A stretch of 15,787 bases of DNA from NCBI GenBank assembly GCA_041640455.1, contig JBEQAF010000049.1:1-15787 (forward strand), read 5' to 3'. Shown one piece after another: positions 14,645-15,787 of this stretch (positions are counted from its first letter, which is position 1; each line of letters starts with the position of its first letter). Source of the stretch: a bacterium. GTDB lineage: Bacteria > CALINM01. The position numbers were made by a program, and so were the translations under genes. The notes below the pieces were generated by a model. The model was not told the origin of the DNA, searched no databases, and saw nothing but the letters and a program-made list of their open reading frames with translations.

Positions 14645-15589
14645 ATGTCTGATGTTCTATTAAGATTTTCAAGCATTGTTTATCAGGAGATATCAAAAAT
14701 GTGGTTTTTTACCCTGATAAGCATTCTGGTAGCAGCTCTTATAAAAACCTATCAGATTGACCTTAAGATAAGATTTCTCATACAGAACAGAATAAAGACA
14801 AGCATTCTGTTTGCCACCTTTGCAGGGCTGGTATCGCCTCTTTGCGCCTGTGGCATACTTCCAATAGCCATCTCTCTTTCCGCTGCCGGTGTACCGCTTC
14901 CAGCCGTAATAACCCTTTTATATACATCACCTGCTATGGGTCCAGAGGCATTGGTTCTGACTTATGGAGGACTTGGTGTTAAATTTGCAGTGATAAAAGC
15001 TGTCTTTGCGGCATTTTTTGGTCTTGTCACAGGTTTTATATTTCTGTATTTACAGAAACATGATTTTTACGGTTCCGATGCGATAAAAATTAAACCTGTC
15101 TATGATGAGAATGGAAATCTTGCCCCTTCCTATCAGATAGCCTGTGCCAATGAGATCTCAGTTAAAACAATGAATGTGATACCGAGGGAGAGCAGATTCA
15201 GATTTTTTCTTGACAGATTTTATGACATGGCTCTTTTTATAGGCGGAGTAACCCTCCTTGCCATACTAATTGAGGCGCTTATGTACATTGTTTTTGACCA
15301 GAATCTACTCAAAAAGGTTCTATCCTATAAAGGTTTTTCCTCAGTAATTATTACTGCCTTTATAGGTGGTCTAATTCCTCTTAATCAGATCGCATTTGTT
15401 CCCCTTGCCAAAGGGCTTATCTCAATGGGAGCCACTGAGGCAGTTATTGTAACTCTTATGTTTGCAGGTCCCACAATGAGTATTCCCTCTTTTATAGCCC
15501 TATATAAAATGTTTAAAAAAAGAGTATTTTTTACCTATACATTAATTTCCTTTTTACTGGCTGTTCTGGCGGGTTTAATATTCCTGTAG
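14645..15589 (+). CDS. Predicted permease, DUF318/ArsP family
   Basis: Two hydrophobic halves separated by a soluble loop. N-half motif GLVSPLCACGILP...L...GVP...ITLLYTSP; pseudo-symmetric C-half GGLIPLNQIAFVPLAKGL..MG....VTLMFAGP.MS. Confidence 0.85.
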   Translation: MSDVLLRFSSIVYQEISKMWFFTLISILVAALIKTYQIDLKIRFLIQNRIKTSILFATFAGLVSPLCACGILPIAISLSAAGVPLPAVITLLYTSPAMGPEALVLTYGGLGVKFAVIKAVFAAFFGLVTGFIFLYLQKHDFYGSDAIKIKPVYDENGNLAPSYQIACANEISVKTMNVIPRESRFRFFLDRFYDMALFIGGVTLLAILIEALMYIVFDQNLLKKVLSYKGFSSVIITAFIGGLIPLNQIAFVPLAKGLISMGATEAVIVTLMFAGPTMSIPSFIALYKMFKKRVFFTYTLISFLLAVLAGLIFL

Positions 15590-15689
15590 TTTGTTATATA
15601 ACGTAATGAAGCGGTAAAATGACGATAAAAGACCTATTAAGAATCCTGCCAATGGTTTTTAAAGCTGTTTTTTTGATAATTTTTGCAAA

Positions 15690-15705
15690 AGGCATATTTT
15701 TTGCA
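15690..15705 (+). promoter_or_regulatory. Putative sigma54 (-24/-12) promoter for the next gene
   Basis: AGGCATATTTTTTGCA has GG (15691-92) and GC (15703-04) exactly 10 nt apart and matches GGCA-N6-TTGC(A/T). It lies about 70 nt upstream of a strong SD and ATG. Confidence 0.6.
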
Positions 15706-15771
15706 AAAACAGTTGAAAAACTGTTAATTTCTGTTTATAATTTAAAAAACTCTAATATAAGGAGTTGTGTT

Positions 15772-15787
15772 ATGAAAACTAAAGTGT
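15772..15787 (+). CDS. Start of a downstream gene (MKTKV...), truncated by the window end; product unknown
   Basis: TAAGGAG at 15758-15764, followed 7 nt later by ATG AAA ACT AAA GTG, open to the window end. Confidence 0.65.

Noticed and set aside
15636..15652. Minus-strand sigma54-like site TTGGCAGGATTCTTAAT
   Set aside because: The -24 element is good but the -12 position reads AA instead of GC, and it would point antisense into the permease.

Overview
Gene-dense, AT-rich bacterial chromosomal segment. Gene content and order suggest a Gram-negative anaerobe of the Desulfobacterota/Nitrospirota type (inference only). The left two-thirds is a housekeeping block: mutS (5'-truncated by the window), an NfsA/Frp-like nitroreductase, an AmiC-type amidase, glnD, an oppositely oriented VTT/TVP38 (DedA superfamily) membrane protein, xerD, and a DHH-DHHA1-CBS-fused class II tRNA nucleotidyltransferase. 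The right third is a probable five-gene unit behind a sigma70-like promoter: a small outer-membrane beta-barrel, a zinc-ribbon/DUF3426-type membrane-anchored protein with an acidic Phe-repeat linker, and a tightly coupled trio. The trio consists of a catalytically degenerate, Cys-rich Cdc48/PAN-like AAA protein ending in CPHHYTF, a stand-alone FmdE-family protein and a DUF318/ArsP-type permease. It is the best candidate here for an uncharacterised metal/metalloid- or thiol-handling system. The window ends in a regulatory region with a sigma54-like promoter, several palindromes and the first codons of the next gene. I saw no rRNA, tRNA, CRISPR array or mobile element. All family calls come from motif recognition by eye, not from database searches.
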